From NCBI GenBank assembly GCA_963765495.1, contig CAVXWP010000005.1, positions 64,001 to 128,000 of the forward strand: DNA of 64,000 nucleotides, in the 5' to 3' direction. The notes under the pieces are model-generated. The model did no database searches, was not told the origin of the DNA, and saw only the letters and a program-made list of their open reading frames with translations. The stretch comes from Blastocatellia bacterium. GTDB lineage: Bacteria > Acidobacteriota > Blastocatellia > UBA7656. Positions 40,146-49,086 of this stretch are shown here, piece by piece. Numbering within the stretch: position 1 is the stretch's first letter; each line of letters begins with the position of its first letter. The position numbers were made by a program, and so were the translations under genes.

Positions 40146-42248
40146 TTAAGGCAAAGCAAAAACGACCACCTTCGAAGGTGCCGGTATGATCCCCCAGAAA
40201 GCCGAGGCGCTCCCCGCCGCAACGGCTACGTATTGTTTGCCTTTGATCGAGTAGGTCACTATCCCGCCGTTCAAGGGCGCTTCGGTATTGAAGCGATAAA
40301 GCACCTTACCCGTTTGCGCGTCGAGCGCGATAACATCTCCGGTCAATTCCCCGGCAAAGACAAGCCCGGATGATGTAGTTGTGACGGCGGCAAGCATCGG
40401 CTTCTCGGATTGATAGCGCCAGCGAATCGCTCCGGTCGAGGCGTCTATGGCCGTAAGCCATCCGTGCCCTTGTGTGTTATCGAAGTTGAAGTTTCCACCC
40501 AGATAATTCTGGCCTTCGACATAACGAAAATCCTTGGCTTTCTTGAATGTGCCGCACCAGTCGACCGAGGGGACATAGAGCATGTTTGTGCCCGGATTAT
40601 ATGCAGGCCCGTTCCACTGCACGCCGCCCAGCATGCCGGGGCAGACATGCACACCTTCGGTCGTCAGCGGAGCGTCTGTGTTTGATCTGGTGGTCACCGC
40701 CACTTCGTACAGTTGCTTTCTGGTTTCTCTGTCGAGCACGTGTAGGAGTCCGTCTTTTCCTACCGCTGAGACAAGCTTTCTTTTCTTGCCCGCGACCGTG
40801 GTTGTAAACAGCGGGCTGACCTGCGTGAGATCATAATCGTGCGTATCGTGAGGGACCGCCTGATAATACCATTTCAATCTCCCGGTTCGAGCGTCGAGCA
40901 CAATCATCGCGCTTGTGTAGAGGTTTGCGCCGGGACGAAGATCATCATATAAATCGGGCGCGGGATTGGCCACGGGCACATAAACAAGCCCCGCGTCCGA
41001 ATCGAGCGAGAGCGGACCCCAGACCGCCCCCCCGCCTTTGAGCATGGCATCGGCATTGCCCCAGGTTTCCGCGCCGGGTTCCTCGGCATCCGGTACGGTG
41101 TTGAATCGCCATACCTGCTCGCCGTTTTCCAGTTTGAATGCTCCTATCCAGCCCTTGATTCCCTGCTCGCTGATCCCGAGCCCGATCAGAACGAGGTTTT
41201 CGAAGATCACAGGAGCCATATTGAATGAGCCTTCGTTCTTTTCGGAGGCCACGATCTTTCTTTCCCAGAGCGGCTTTCCCGTCTCTAAATCCAGAGCGAA
41301 CAGATACCCGTCCGTAGTCGCCCGGACCACTCTCCCGTCTTTGATTGCGACCCCGCGATTCGGCGGCCAGATTTCCAGAGATTTCGGTTTTCTGTCGTAT
41401 CGCCAGCGTTCCTTGCACGTGGCGGCATCAAAGGCAATCGTGGAAGAAGGCGTGGTGATATACGTAACCCCGCGATAGACGACCGGGTTTGTGTGAAAGG
41501 CCTTTTTGTTTTCGTCCTGATATGTGCAGGCAGGTTGAAGCGAAGCCACGTTGTCGCGGTTGATCTGCTTAAGGTCTACGAAGCGCTGCCCCGAGTAATC
41601 GTGATTCGACATAAGCCAGTCGGTCGTGTTCGACGGGGCCGCGTTCAACTCTTTTTGCGAGGGCCATTTTGAAGACGGCATCAATACGCCCTCTTCCTGC
41701 CCGGTCGCCTTCAATGCGCCATCTGCGCCCGTCTCTTTCGAGTTCTCTTTTACAGAACCGGCGAGCACGATCTTTATCTGTTTTAGCAGCGGCGAATCGG
41801 CGGGCAGTTCGCTCGCGCCCGCTTTGTAACCGTTGGCCTTGAGCATGTAGGCGACAACATCGATGTACTGCTGGTGGGAAAGCGTCCCCGCCGCTCCGTA
41901 TGGCATCTGAGTGCGCGTGATGTAATAGAGGTCTTCAACCGTATGATTGCCCTGTCCCCACTTGGCTAAAAAGCGGCTGCCGACGAGAGCCGAGGCCGAG
42001 CCGCCTTCAAGCTTTGAGCCGTGACAGGAGGCGCAGCGCCTGTCATAGAGAGCTTGCCCTCTGAGGGCTTGAGCCTCCGTATAGATTCCATCCTGCTGCG
42101 CCTTCGACTCCGATTGATTGAAGCTGTGAGTTAAAGAGAGCGCATCAGGTAGACCAAATGAAAAGGTGAAGGCGATTACCGATAGCGCAAGCACAAGTGT
42201 CTGCTTGCATCGCTTATTTAATCCGGTGGAAAGATATTGGCTTTTCAC
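40146..42248 (-). CDS. PQQ-dependent dehydrogenase with N-terminal cytochrome c
   Basis: CASCH haem motif with distal QMP; PQQ beta-propeller W motifs; GGGAVW, PHDTHDYD, GKQYVAV. Confidence 0.88.
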   Translation of the reverse strand: MKSQYLSTGLNKRCKQTLVLALSVIAFTFSFGLPDALSLTHSFNQSESKAQQDGIYTEAQALRGQALYDRRCASCHGSKLEGGSASALVGSRFLAKWGQGNHTVEDLYYITRTQMPYGAAGTLSHQQYIDVVAYMLKANGYKAGASELPADSPLLKQIKIVLAGSVKENSKETGADGALKATGQEEGVLMPSSKWPSQKELNAAPSNTTDWLMSNHDYSGQRFVDLKQINRDNVASLQPACTYQDENKKAFHTNPVVYRGVTYITTPSSTIAFDAATCKERWRYDRKPKSLEIWPPNRGVAIKDGRVVRATTDGYLFALDLETGKPLWERKIVASEKNEGSFNMAPVIFENLVLIGLGISEQGIKGWIGAFKLENGEQVWRFNTVPDAEEPGAETWGNADAMLKGGGAVWGPLSLDSDAGLVYVPVANPAPDLYDDLRPGANLYTSAMIVLDARTGRLKWYYQAVPHDTHDYDLTQVSPLFTTTVAGKKRKLVSAVGKDGLLHVLDRETRKQLYEVAVTTRSNTDAPLTTEGVHVCPGMLGGVQWNGPAYNPGTNMLYVPSVDWCGTFKKAKDFRYVEGQNYLGGNFNFDNTQGHGWLTAIDASTGAIRWRYQSEKPMLAAVTTTSSGLVFAGELTGDVIALDAQTGKVLYRFNTEAPLNGGIVTYSIKGKQYVAVAAGSASAFWGIIPAPSKVVVFALP

Positions 42249-42288
42249 TGTAGAGCCTCCGTTGCGGTTGCGATTCTCTGTGATGGAG

Positions 42289-43425
42289 TTAATGTTTCAA
42301 CGCGGAAGACTGATGAGCATTCCTGTAATGATCTGCCAGCAGATCAAATCCAAAATCCCCGTTAAAATCTCGCCATACGGTGTGAACGTGATTGGCGTTG
42401 TTTTGGGTATTGTCATACTCGATCAGAAACGTAGGGCCTTGAATGCTGTAGTAGTGAGGCCGACCGTGCTCGTACTCGCCCGCCCAGGCGAAGTGTATAT
42501 TGTTGAAACCTGCCGAGCGCATTCGCGCCAGTCTTTGGGCAGCTATTTCGGGAGCCATGTTTTTGGCGTGCTCGTCGAGCAGGCTTATCAAGACCTCTGC
42601 CTGTGTCCCGCTCAAACGATCTGCCTGTAGTCCCGAAGGATTTACCGGCGCGGCCTTTCGCGAATTGGTAGATAAAATATCGCTCGGCGCGGTGTTGCTG
42701 ATAACGGCCTGTGCGCGCTGTTTATCGTCGAGCGATTTCAGCAGCGTCCTCGCCACGTCTTCTTCGGCGGGCAGCGCCCTCAACCCCTTGTGCGGGCCGT
42801 GTTGTACTTCGGCCGGGTTTGCGCCCAGAAACGAAGGCGTGGCAGCCAGACCGCCCTCACCTATGATCGTGTAATTGAGCGAGATGTGATGTCCTTCGAA
42901 TCGCCAGCCCCACGGCTTTGAAGATCGAGGCTGGCCGAATACGGCGAAGTAATAAAGCTCGGAATCACGAACCGGCCCTGCACCCTTCTCGATCTCGGCG
43001 AGCACGGGCTCAAGGCTTATGATCGTAGATGCTTTCTGCAATCCCTGACGGCTGAGGCCCGCCTTTAGCAAAGCGTCGGCAAGCTGGCGCTGACGTTGAT
43101 CCATCTGTTTGTAAGGTATCCCTGCTCGCACTTTTGGAACATAGTGCCAATTCATCCGCTGCTCGTCTTCAAACGTCATAATGGCGGTTGCCTGCTGCTC
43201 TGAACTCAGGGAATTGAGAAAATTTTCGGCCGAAAGCGCCATTGCCATTGCTGATTGCATAGCCTTTCTATTCACCTCTCGTGTGGCTGAACCCGATCTC
43301 TTTTGAGCAAAGATAGAAGAGCGTCCGACAAGCGCGCCCAGACCCGTTCCTATGAATGCCTGTTTCAAAAAGCCGCGCCGGTCTTTCATCTGCTGGAGTT
43401 GTATCTGTCTCTGTTTTGCGCCCAT
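42289..43425 (-). CDS. DUF3500 protein with Tat signal
   Basis: RRGFLK; WGWRFEGHHISLN; IEYDNTQNNANHVHTVWRD. Confidence 0.85.
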   Translation of the reverse strand: MGAKQRQIQLQQMKDRRGFLKQAFIGTGLGALVGRSSIFAQKRSGSATREVNRKAMQSAMAMALSAENFLNSLSSEQQATAIMTFEDEQRMNWHYVPKVRAGIPYKQMDQRQRQLADALLKAGLSRQGLQKASTIISLEPVLAEIEKGAGPVRDSELYYFAVFGQPRSSKPWGWRFEGHHISLNYTIIGEGGLAATPSFLGANPAEVQHGPHKGLRALPAEEDVARTLLKSLDDKQRAQAVISNTAPSDILSTNSRKAAPVNPSGLQADRLSGTQAEVLISLLDEHAKNMAPEIAAQRLARMRSAGFNNIHFAWAGEYEHGRPHYYSIQGPTFLIEYDNTQNNANHVHTVWRDFNGDFGFDLLADHYRNAHQSSALKH

Positions 43426-43600
43426 TCGATAAGCTCTCGCAAATATGAATTAAACCCGTGGGTTGTTGAGGAGGATACTACCAATCGCTATAGATCACAA
43501 TCGGCGAAGCCGGTTTTAGATCCGATTTTTCTAATACTGTAACTTCCTTGAAGACTTCGAGGCGGCGGCACTAAACTACCAAAGCAGTCAGATCAACGGT

Positions 43601-44467
43601 ATGAAAAAAAGCGATCCGACAAAACAGGGTACAGGCGACGCAAAACGGGACCGCGCAGCATACCGTCTGGCAAAGCGATACCTGTTACAACTCGATGTTG
43701 CGGGGCTCACATCTGAGGTACTCGACAAGTATCTGTGCCACATCGAAAAGGATTCCCGCCCAACCAGGCTGGAAGAGATCTACAGGCAAATCCTTGGTTC
43801 CGCTCAGAGCGCGAATATGAAAGCGGGTGTGATTGGCCGCGCAATCGGAGGGATAGATAAACTCGATAAGCCCCTGTGCGGCTTTCAATCTCTGAAGGTT
43901 GTAAAGAAATATCAGGGGGACTCAGAGCAAATCCTCGATGAAATCGAGCGGCATCTGAAACTCAAGAACAGCTTCCGTCGAACAAGCAGAAGTATCTGGC
44001 CGGGCTTTTGTCGGACCATACTTTCGGCAGCAGAGTTCCTGTCTCAGTTTGCGACCTCAGACGACTTCTATTCGTGGGTAGACTCATTTGATCGAGACGA
44101 CAGAACGCGCCCTGCCCTCCCGTTGCTTCTGAGTTGCGAAATATACGGTCTGGGCTTTGCCCTCGCCTGCGACTTCTTGAAAGAACTGGGCTACGCCAGC
44201 TACGCGAAACCCGACGTGCATGTGAGAGACATATTCCAGGGGCTCGGATTGTGCTCGCCAAATGCGAACGACTACCAGCTTTTCAAGGCCGTCGTCAGGG
44301 TGGCAAACAACGCCAGCGTAACGCCGTATAATGTCGATAAGCTTTTCTGGCTGATAGGCAGCGGAAACTTTTACGACGACCCGCACATAGGCAAAAGCGG
44401 GCAGATAGGCAGCCGCAAAAAACCTTTCATCGCTCATGCTCAGGAACGCTTGAATAGCCTCTCCTGA
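43601..44467 (+). CDS. Hypothetical protein with an HhH-GPD-like motif (possible DNA glycosylase)
   Basis: EIYGLGFALACDFL followed by KPDVH and a late D.LFW. Confidence 0.6.
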   Translation: MKKSDPTKQGTGDAKRDRAAYRLAKRYLLQLDVAGLTSEVLDKYLCHIEKDSRPTRLEEIYRQILGSAQSANMKAGVIGRAIGGIDKLDKPLCGFQSLKVVKKYQGDSEQILDEIERHLKLKNSFRRTSRSIWPGFCRTILSAAEFLSQFATSDDFYSWVDSFDRDDRTRPALPLLLSCEIYGLGFALACDFLKELGYASYAKPDVHVRDIFQGLGLCSPNANDYQLFKAVVRVANNASVTPYNVDKLFWLIGSGNFYDDPHIGKSGQIGSRKKPFIAHAQERLNSLS

Positions 44468-44500
44468 TCTCATCAATCCATAATTCCCGAGTCCCTCGGT

Positions 44501-45466
44501 TTACATCTTGGCAATATGAGTGGCGATGTACCAGACGTTGCCAAAGGGGTCTTTGACACCCGCGATGCGGTCTCCGTAGGGCTGGTCAGCAGGCTCGCTG
44601 AGCGATTCAGCGCCCTCCGCAACTGCCTGCCGGTACCGGTTGTCTACATCATTCACATAGAGGTAAACCGTTGACGGCATAGGCTGGAACGGGCCGTGCG
44701 CCTCGCTCAAAGCAAGGATCGAGTCCCCGATCCTCATCTTCGAGTGCAGGATCACGCCATCAGGTGATTCGGCGCGGTAGGCTTCCGTCGCTCCGAAGGC
44801 GCGCTTAAGGAAATCTATCGCCCGGTCTGCCCCGTGGAAATTCAACGAAAACGCTATGGTGCGAAGATCGGGAGGATTGTGCTCAAGCGGCCTGCGGGTG
44901 GAAATATACCACCTGTTGCCAAACGGGTCTTCCACCCCGGCATCGCGATCACCATACTCTTCTTCGACCGGCTCGTGCATTGACGTGGCTCCGGCCCCGA
45001 GCGCGCTTTTGTATGTGGCATCAACATCGTCTACGTAGACGAGAAGCGCAGCCGGGCTCGGTGTGCCTTCCCACACGCCCCCGCCCCCGATCATCACTTT
45101 TGATTCGCCAATCTGCACTTCCGCATGGAGGCCCCCGGCCGAGCCGGTCGCGCGAAACAGTTCTTCGGCACCAAATGCCTGTCTGACGAATTCAATCAAC
45201 TCTTCCGCTTCACGAACGATCAAATAAGGCGTAATCGTGTGAAAACCTTCGGGTACGGATTTTTCTGCTGCTGCCATAAATGCTCTCCTTTCCAATTCAT
45301 CTTTTAATCGCGCCCTGTATGCCTCGCGCGGCATACACCTAAGTTCGACCGCGATGCGAACCAGCGGCTCGACGCCGGAACTCGCCCGTGGCAGGGGCGA
45401 ATCCGCATTTGCGATGATCGCCTCTACGATGTTGTCGAGTTGTTCGTCTGGTCTCTGTTTAGCCAT
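44501..45466 (-). CDS. Tandem VOC/glyoxalase (PhnB-like) protein with an N-terminal putative anti-sigma extension
   Basis: Two VOC domains (ITPYL..., YGDR.AGV.DPFGN.WYI); start overlaps the sigma stop. Confidence 0.85.
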   Translation of the reverse strand: MAKQRPDEQLDNIVEAIIANADSPLPRASSGVEPLVRIAVELRCMPREAYRARLKDELERRAFMAAAEKSVPEGFHTITPYLIVREAEELIEFVRQAFGAEELFRATGSAGGLHAEVQIGESKVMIGGGGVWEGTPSPAALLVYVDDVDATYKSALGAGATSMHEPVEEEYGDRDAGVEDPFGNRWYISTRRPLEHNPPDLRTIAFSLNFHGADRAIDFLKRAFGATEAYRAESPDGVILHSKMRIGDSILALSEAHGPFQPMPSTVYLYVNDVDNRYRQAVAEGAESLSEPADQPYGDRIAGVKDPFGNVWYIATHIAKM

Positions 45467-46022
45467 CAGACTCATCCATCATCGCCCGTAAATTTTTCAG
45501 GGCACGAAACTGAAGCTGCTTGACGGCTCCTTCACTGCGCCCGAGTTGCTGCGCGATTTGACGAATGCTTTTCTCTTCGCCAAATCGCATATTGATGACG
45601 AGGCACTGGTTAGGAGGAAGCGAGGCAACAAGGCGAAAAAGCCGCGCGTGGCGTTCGAGCTCTTCAAAATCGGTCTGCACACGCTCTTCAACGCGGTCCT
45701 CAAGTGGAACATCACGCTCGCCGCCCTTTGACCGATCCGCGATCAGATTTGCGGCGATCCTAAAGAGCCACACCGCAAAGGGCACACCCCGCCATTCAAA
45801 ACGCGGCAAATTTGCGAGCGCCCTTTGAAACACCTCCGATGTAAGGTCTTCCGTCTCGTCGCGGTCGCGAACACGGCGAACGATAAACGCATAGACGCGC
45901 TCAAAATTATCTTCGTAAAGCTCGGCAAATCGGGCGGGGTCCTTTTGCGCAGCCTCGATCATAAGGCGTTCTTTCGCCTCATCGGTTGGGAACCCGGTGG
46001 TTGCATGTTTGCCGACGCCCAT
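45459..46022 (-). CDS. ECF RNA polymerase sigma factor
   Basis: FAELY, EDLTSEVF, WLFRIAAN, region 4 IAQQLGRSEGAVKQLQFRAL. Confidence 0.92.
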   Translation of the reverse strand: MGVGKHATTGFPTDEAKERLMIEAAQKDPARFAELYEDNFERVYAFIVRRVRDRDETEDLTSEVFQRALANLPRFEWRGVPFAVWLFRIAANLIADRSKGGERDVPLEDRVEERVQTDFEELERHARLFRLVASLPPNQCLVINMRFGEEKSIRQIAQQLGRSEGAVKQLQFRALKNLRAMMDESDG

Positions 46023-46040
46023 CTTTTCTCTCTATCTGTA

Positions 46041-46067
46041 TAAACTCTCCGGCGACAAAAAGGTTAC
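46041..46067 (-). promoter_or_regulatory. Putative autoregulatory ECF promoter
   Basis: GTAACC-N16-GTTTA on the minus strand just upstream of the sigma gene. Confidence 0.5.
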
Positions 46068-46131
46068 GGCCGAGGCGCATTTTCTAATTCACTTGGTACA
46101 GTCAAAGCCCGGGGTGTTATAGTTTAGGCCA

Positions 46132-46533
46132 ATGAGCGAACCGTCCCCAAAGACGAAACGATCCCAGGCACGCAGATTGATTCTTTTCTGCGCGCTTGCA
46201 GGTATCCTTTTGTCGAGCAGCACCGGAGGCTGGTTTGTGCCCGTTCACGCCGGGCAGTCCACGCCAGACCGCGCGATTTTGCTTGCCGGGTTGTCTGCAA
46301 TTGATTCCGCCATGGGTAGGCCCGGGAATCAATTTCAATACTCCGGGAATAAGACCTCGCGCTATCAGGGACATTTCGCCCCGCCCGATACTACTTCCGA
46401 ATTTATACCGGGTCGCATTCATACCCAACCGTTACCTTTTTCCCACAGCAAGACGGCTCCTTCTTTAGTATCCATCTCACCGCCAAGTGATCGCGCCCCA
46501 CCGTCTCAGCTTCTATGGCCGGATACATTTTAA
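46132..46533 (+). CDS. Putative RAPP-type ribosome-arrest leader protein with N-terminal signal
   Basis: Extended -10 TGtTATAGT ends 8 nt before the ATG, no SD; hydrophobic N-terminus; RAPP at 46492-46503, 9 codons before the stop. Confidence 0.6.
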   Translation: MSEPSPKTKRSQARRLILFCALAGILLSSSTGGWFVPVHAGQSTPDRAILLAGLSAIDSAMGRPGNQFQYSGNKTSRYQGHFAPPDTTSEFIPGRIHTQPLPFSHSKTAPSLVSISPPSDRAPPSQLLWPDTF

Positions 46534-46633
46534 GCTGGCCGGAGGGCTTTATTTTCAAGCCTCGGCTATCGGTGTAACCCGGGCGAAGGTCTATCTTCTC
46601 CCATATCTGCTACAGAAGTTCGGAGGAAAATTT

Positions 46634-46789
46634 ATGGAGTCACACACAATCATCGGGTTGGTGGCGCTCGCACTCGTTATCGGATTTATTATCCTGATCA
46701 GGCGGCATTCCAAGCCGGAGGCGGGCGATAATCAAACCGTTCAGGCGGTCGACAAGCCCGATGTAAAAGCGCGAATGAGAAAGCCGTAA
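46634..46789 (+). CDS. 51-aa single-pass membrane microprotein
   Basis: SD GGAGG; MESHTIIGLVALALVIGFIILIRRH. Confidence 0.65.
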   Translation: MESHTIIGLVALALVIGFIILIRRHSKPEAGDNQTVQAVDKPDVKARMRKP

Positions 46790-46811
46790 AGCAAATCTCT
46801 ATTCTCAAATT

Positions 46812-46836
46812 CAGGGGAGTCAAATAGGCTCCCCTG
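46812..46836 (+). terminator. Intra-operon hairpin
   Basis: CAGGGGAG-N9-CTCCCCTG, no U-tract. Confidence 0.4.
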
Positions 46837-46871
46837 CATCCCCGGTTTCCCCAGCCCAGGAAAGGAATAAC

Positions 46872-47030
46872 ATGAACCCGATCTGGACACAGATGAGCTA
46901 CAAGGCAATCAAAGAAATTATGAAAATGTGCAGGCATTGCAAGAAGGCATCCCTCTATCGGCAAAAGCATTTTGGCCAGTTCTACAAATGCAAACATTGT
47001 GGACACAGGTTCAAAGAGAAAGGAGATTAA
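46872..47030 (+). CDS. 52-aa zinc-ribbon microprotein (not in the ORF track)
   Basis: SD AAAGGA; MNPIWTQMSYKAIKEIMKMCRHCKKASLYRQKHFGQFYKCKHCGHRFKEKGD*; its 3' end carries the SD of the antiporter. Confidence 0.7.
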   Translation: MNPIWTQMSYKAIKEIMKMCRHCKKASLYRQKHFGQFYKCKHCGHRFKEKGD

Positions 47031-47033
47031 ATC

Positions 47034-49025
47034 ATGCCTCACGATCTACACCTGCTACAGGAACTACTCATATTGCTTGTCGCGTCCGTGCCCATGGCCT
47101 TTATCTGCGCGCGGCTTCGACTTCCCACGATTGTAGGGTTTATGCTGACGGGCGTCTTGATAGGCCCCTATGGTCTGCGTCTGATCACAGATGTTCCGGC
47201 CATCGAAGCTCTGGCGGAAATAGGTGTCGTGCTGCTGTTGTTCACAATCGGGCTGGAATTTTCGCTGCGCCGAATACTACAGATGAAAAGGCTCGTCTTT
47301 CTGGGCGGAGGGTTACAGGTAGCCGTCACCACTCTGGCTGTAATAGGGCTCGCCTACGCGGTCAACCGCCCCGTCAATCAGGCGATCTTTTTCGGATTTC
47401 TTTTCGCGCTTTCCAGCACGGCCATCGTTTTAAAAAGCTATGTGGACCGCGCCGAAACCGATGCCCCGCACGCGAGGGCTGGCATAGGCATACTCCTGTT
47501 TCAAGACCTGTGCGTGGTCTTGATGATGATGATGGTTCCGGTGCTCGGCGGCAAAGAAGGATCATCCCCGGTCGCCGTGGCGACTACGCTTGTCACAGCC
47601 TTTGTGGCGATTGCCGTCATCCTCCTCACCGCGCGAAAGATCGTCCCCTTCGTGCTTCATCATGTAGTTCGCATGCGCAGTTCGGAGGTCTTTGTTATTT
47701 TCGTAGTAGTCGTAAGCCTGGGCACCTCCTGGGTAACATCGCAGTTCGGGTTATCGCTTGCGCTCGGGGCCTTTATCGCGGGGCTTGTGCTTTCCGAATC
47801 CGAATACAGCCATCAGATCGTAGCCGATGTGCTGCCGTTTCGCGATGTCTTTAACAGCGTCTTTTTTGTCTCTATCGGGATGCTGTTGTCGGTGAGTTTT
47901 CTGCTGTCCAACATAGTGACGGTGCTGGCGCTGGTGAGCGCCCTGATCGTTATCAAGGCCCTGATAATACTCCTCATCCTGCGGCCTCTGGGCAATTCAT
48001 TACGCATATCGACTATGGCCGCCGTGGGGCTTGCGCAAATCGGCGAGTTCTCCTTTATTCTGGCGAAGGCCGGTGTAATCGAGGGTCTGCTTTCAGACAG
48101 CGATTATCAGATTTTTCTCGCAGCCGCGATTATTTCGATGCTCTCGACCCCGTTTCTGATAAAGGCCGCGCCCCGCATCGGCTACAGCTTGCAGGCGATG
48201 TTGTCTCCCGATTCGCTGCTTGAACCAAGCATGATCGGCTATGACCCAAGAAAGAACGAGCTAAAAGGACATGTGGTCATTATCGGATACGGGCTGAACG
48301 GGCGAAACGTCTCGACCGTGCTTCGCCGCAATAACATCGCTTATGTCGTGCTGGATTTGAACGCAGACACGGTTCGAAAAATGGCAGCCGAAGGCGAACC
48401 GATGTTGTATGGAGATTCGACGCGAAAGGAAGTATTGCATCGCTTGAACCTGGAATGTGCCCGCGTGCTGGTTGTCGCCATATCAGACCCGATAGCGACC
48501 CGCCACACGGTGGCGCAGGCCCGCGAGATAAATTCTCACCTGCACATAATCGTGCGTACCCGTTACATGTCGGAATTATCCGATCTCTACAAGCTTGGAG
48601 CGAATCAGGTAATCCCCGAAGAGTTTGAAACCAGCATCGAGATTTTTTCTCGCGTGCTGGAAGAATACGGGCTGGCGCGCAACACCATACACAGGGAAGT
48701 CGAGCAGGTCAGACGCGAGGGCTATCAAATACTGCGAGCGCCTGCTGCGCCCCTGCTTGAGGTCGGGACCGTGGCCGATGCGCTCGGAGTCGCGTCTACC
48801 GACACTCTTTTTATTGAATCGAATTCACCGGCAGTGGGAAAAACCATAGGCGAGTTGAATCTGAGAAAAGAGACGGGCGCGACCGTGATAACGGCGATTC
48901 GAAGCGGGAAAACAGAAATCAACCCCGGGCCTGATTACAAATTCGAGCCGGATGACATCATAGTGCTGCTCGGCAACCCCGAATCCATCGAGAAAGCCCT
49001 TGAGCGTTTGAGCGCTTCCATCTGA
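47034..49025 (+). CDS. CPA2-family monovalent cation/H+ antiporter with TrkA-N and TrkA-C (RCK) domains, KefB/KefC-like
   Basis: LLFTIGLEFS, LSSTAIV, LLFQD, AQIGEFSF; IIGYGLNG; C-terminal GKTIGELNLR...INPGPD. Confidence 0.92.
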   Translation: MPHDLHLLQELLILLVASVPMAFICARLRLPTIVGFMLTGVLIGPYGLRLITDVPAIEALAEIGVVLLLFTIGLEFSLRRILQMKRLVFLGGGLQVAVTTLAVIGLAYAVNRPVNQAIFFGFLFALSSTAIVLKSYVDRAETDAPHARAGIGILLFQDLCVVLMMMMVPVLGGKEGSSPVAVATTLVTAFVAIAVILLTARKIVPFVLHHVVRMRSSEVFVIFVVVVSLGTSWVTSQFGLSLALGAFIAGLVLSESEYSHQIVADVLPFRDVFNSVFFVSIGMLLSVSFLLSNIVTVLALVSALIVIKALIILLILRPLGNSLRISTMAAVGLAQIGEFSFILAKAGVIEGLLSDSDYQIFLAAAIISMLSTPFLIKAAPRIGYSLQAMLSPDSLLEPSMIGYDPRKNELKGHVVIIGYGLNGRNVSTVLRRNNIAYVVLDLNADTVRKMAAEGEPMLYGDSTRKEVLHRLNLECARVLVVAISDPIATRHTVAQAREINSHLHIIVRTRYMSELSDLYKLGANQVIPEEFETSIEIFSRVLEEYGLARNTIHREVEQVRREGYQILRAPAAPLLEVGTVADALGVASTDTLFIESNSPAVGKTIGELNLRKETGATVITAIRSGKTEINPGPDYKFEPDDIIVLLGNPESIEKALERLSASI

Positions 49026-49037
49026 CGCAAATAAAAC

Positions 49038-49066
49038 TGCGCGGTCTGAGATAAATCAGACCGCGC
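49038..49066. terminator. Hairpin terminator between convergent genes
   Basis: TGCGCGGTCTGA-N6-TCAGACCGCGCA, preceded by an A-run (U-tract for the minus strand). Confidence 0.7.
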
Positions 49067-49086
49067 ACAGCCATCAGTAAACTACC

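Noticed and set aside
46928-47854. 308-aa alternative-frame ORF over the antiporter
   Set aside because: Arg/Ser-rich shadow frame with no motifs; overlaps a clear CPA2 gene
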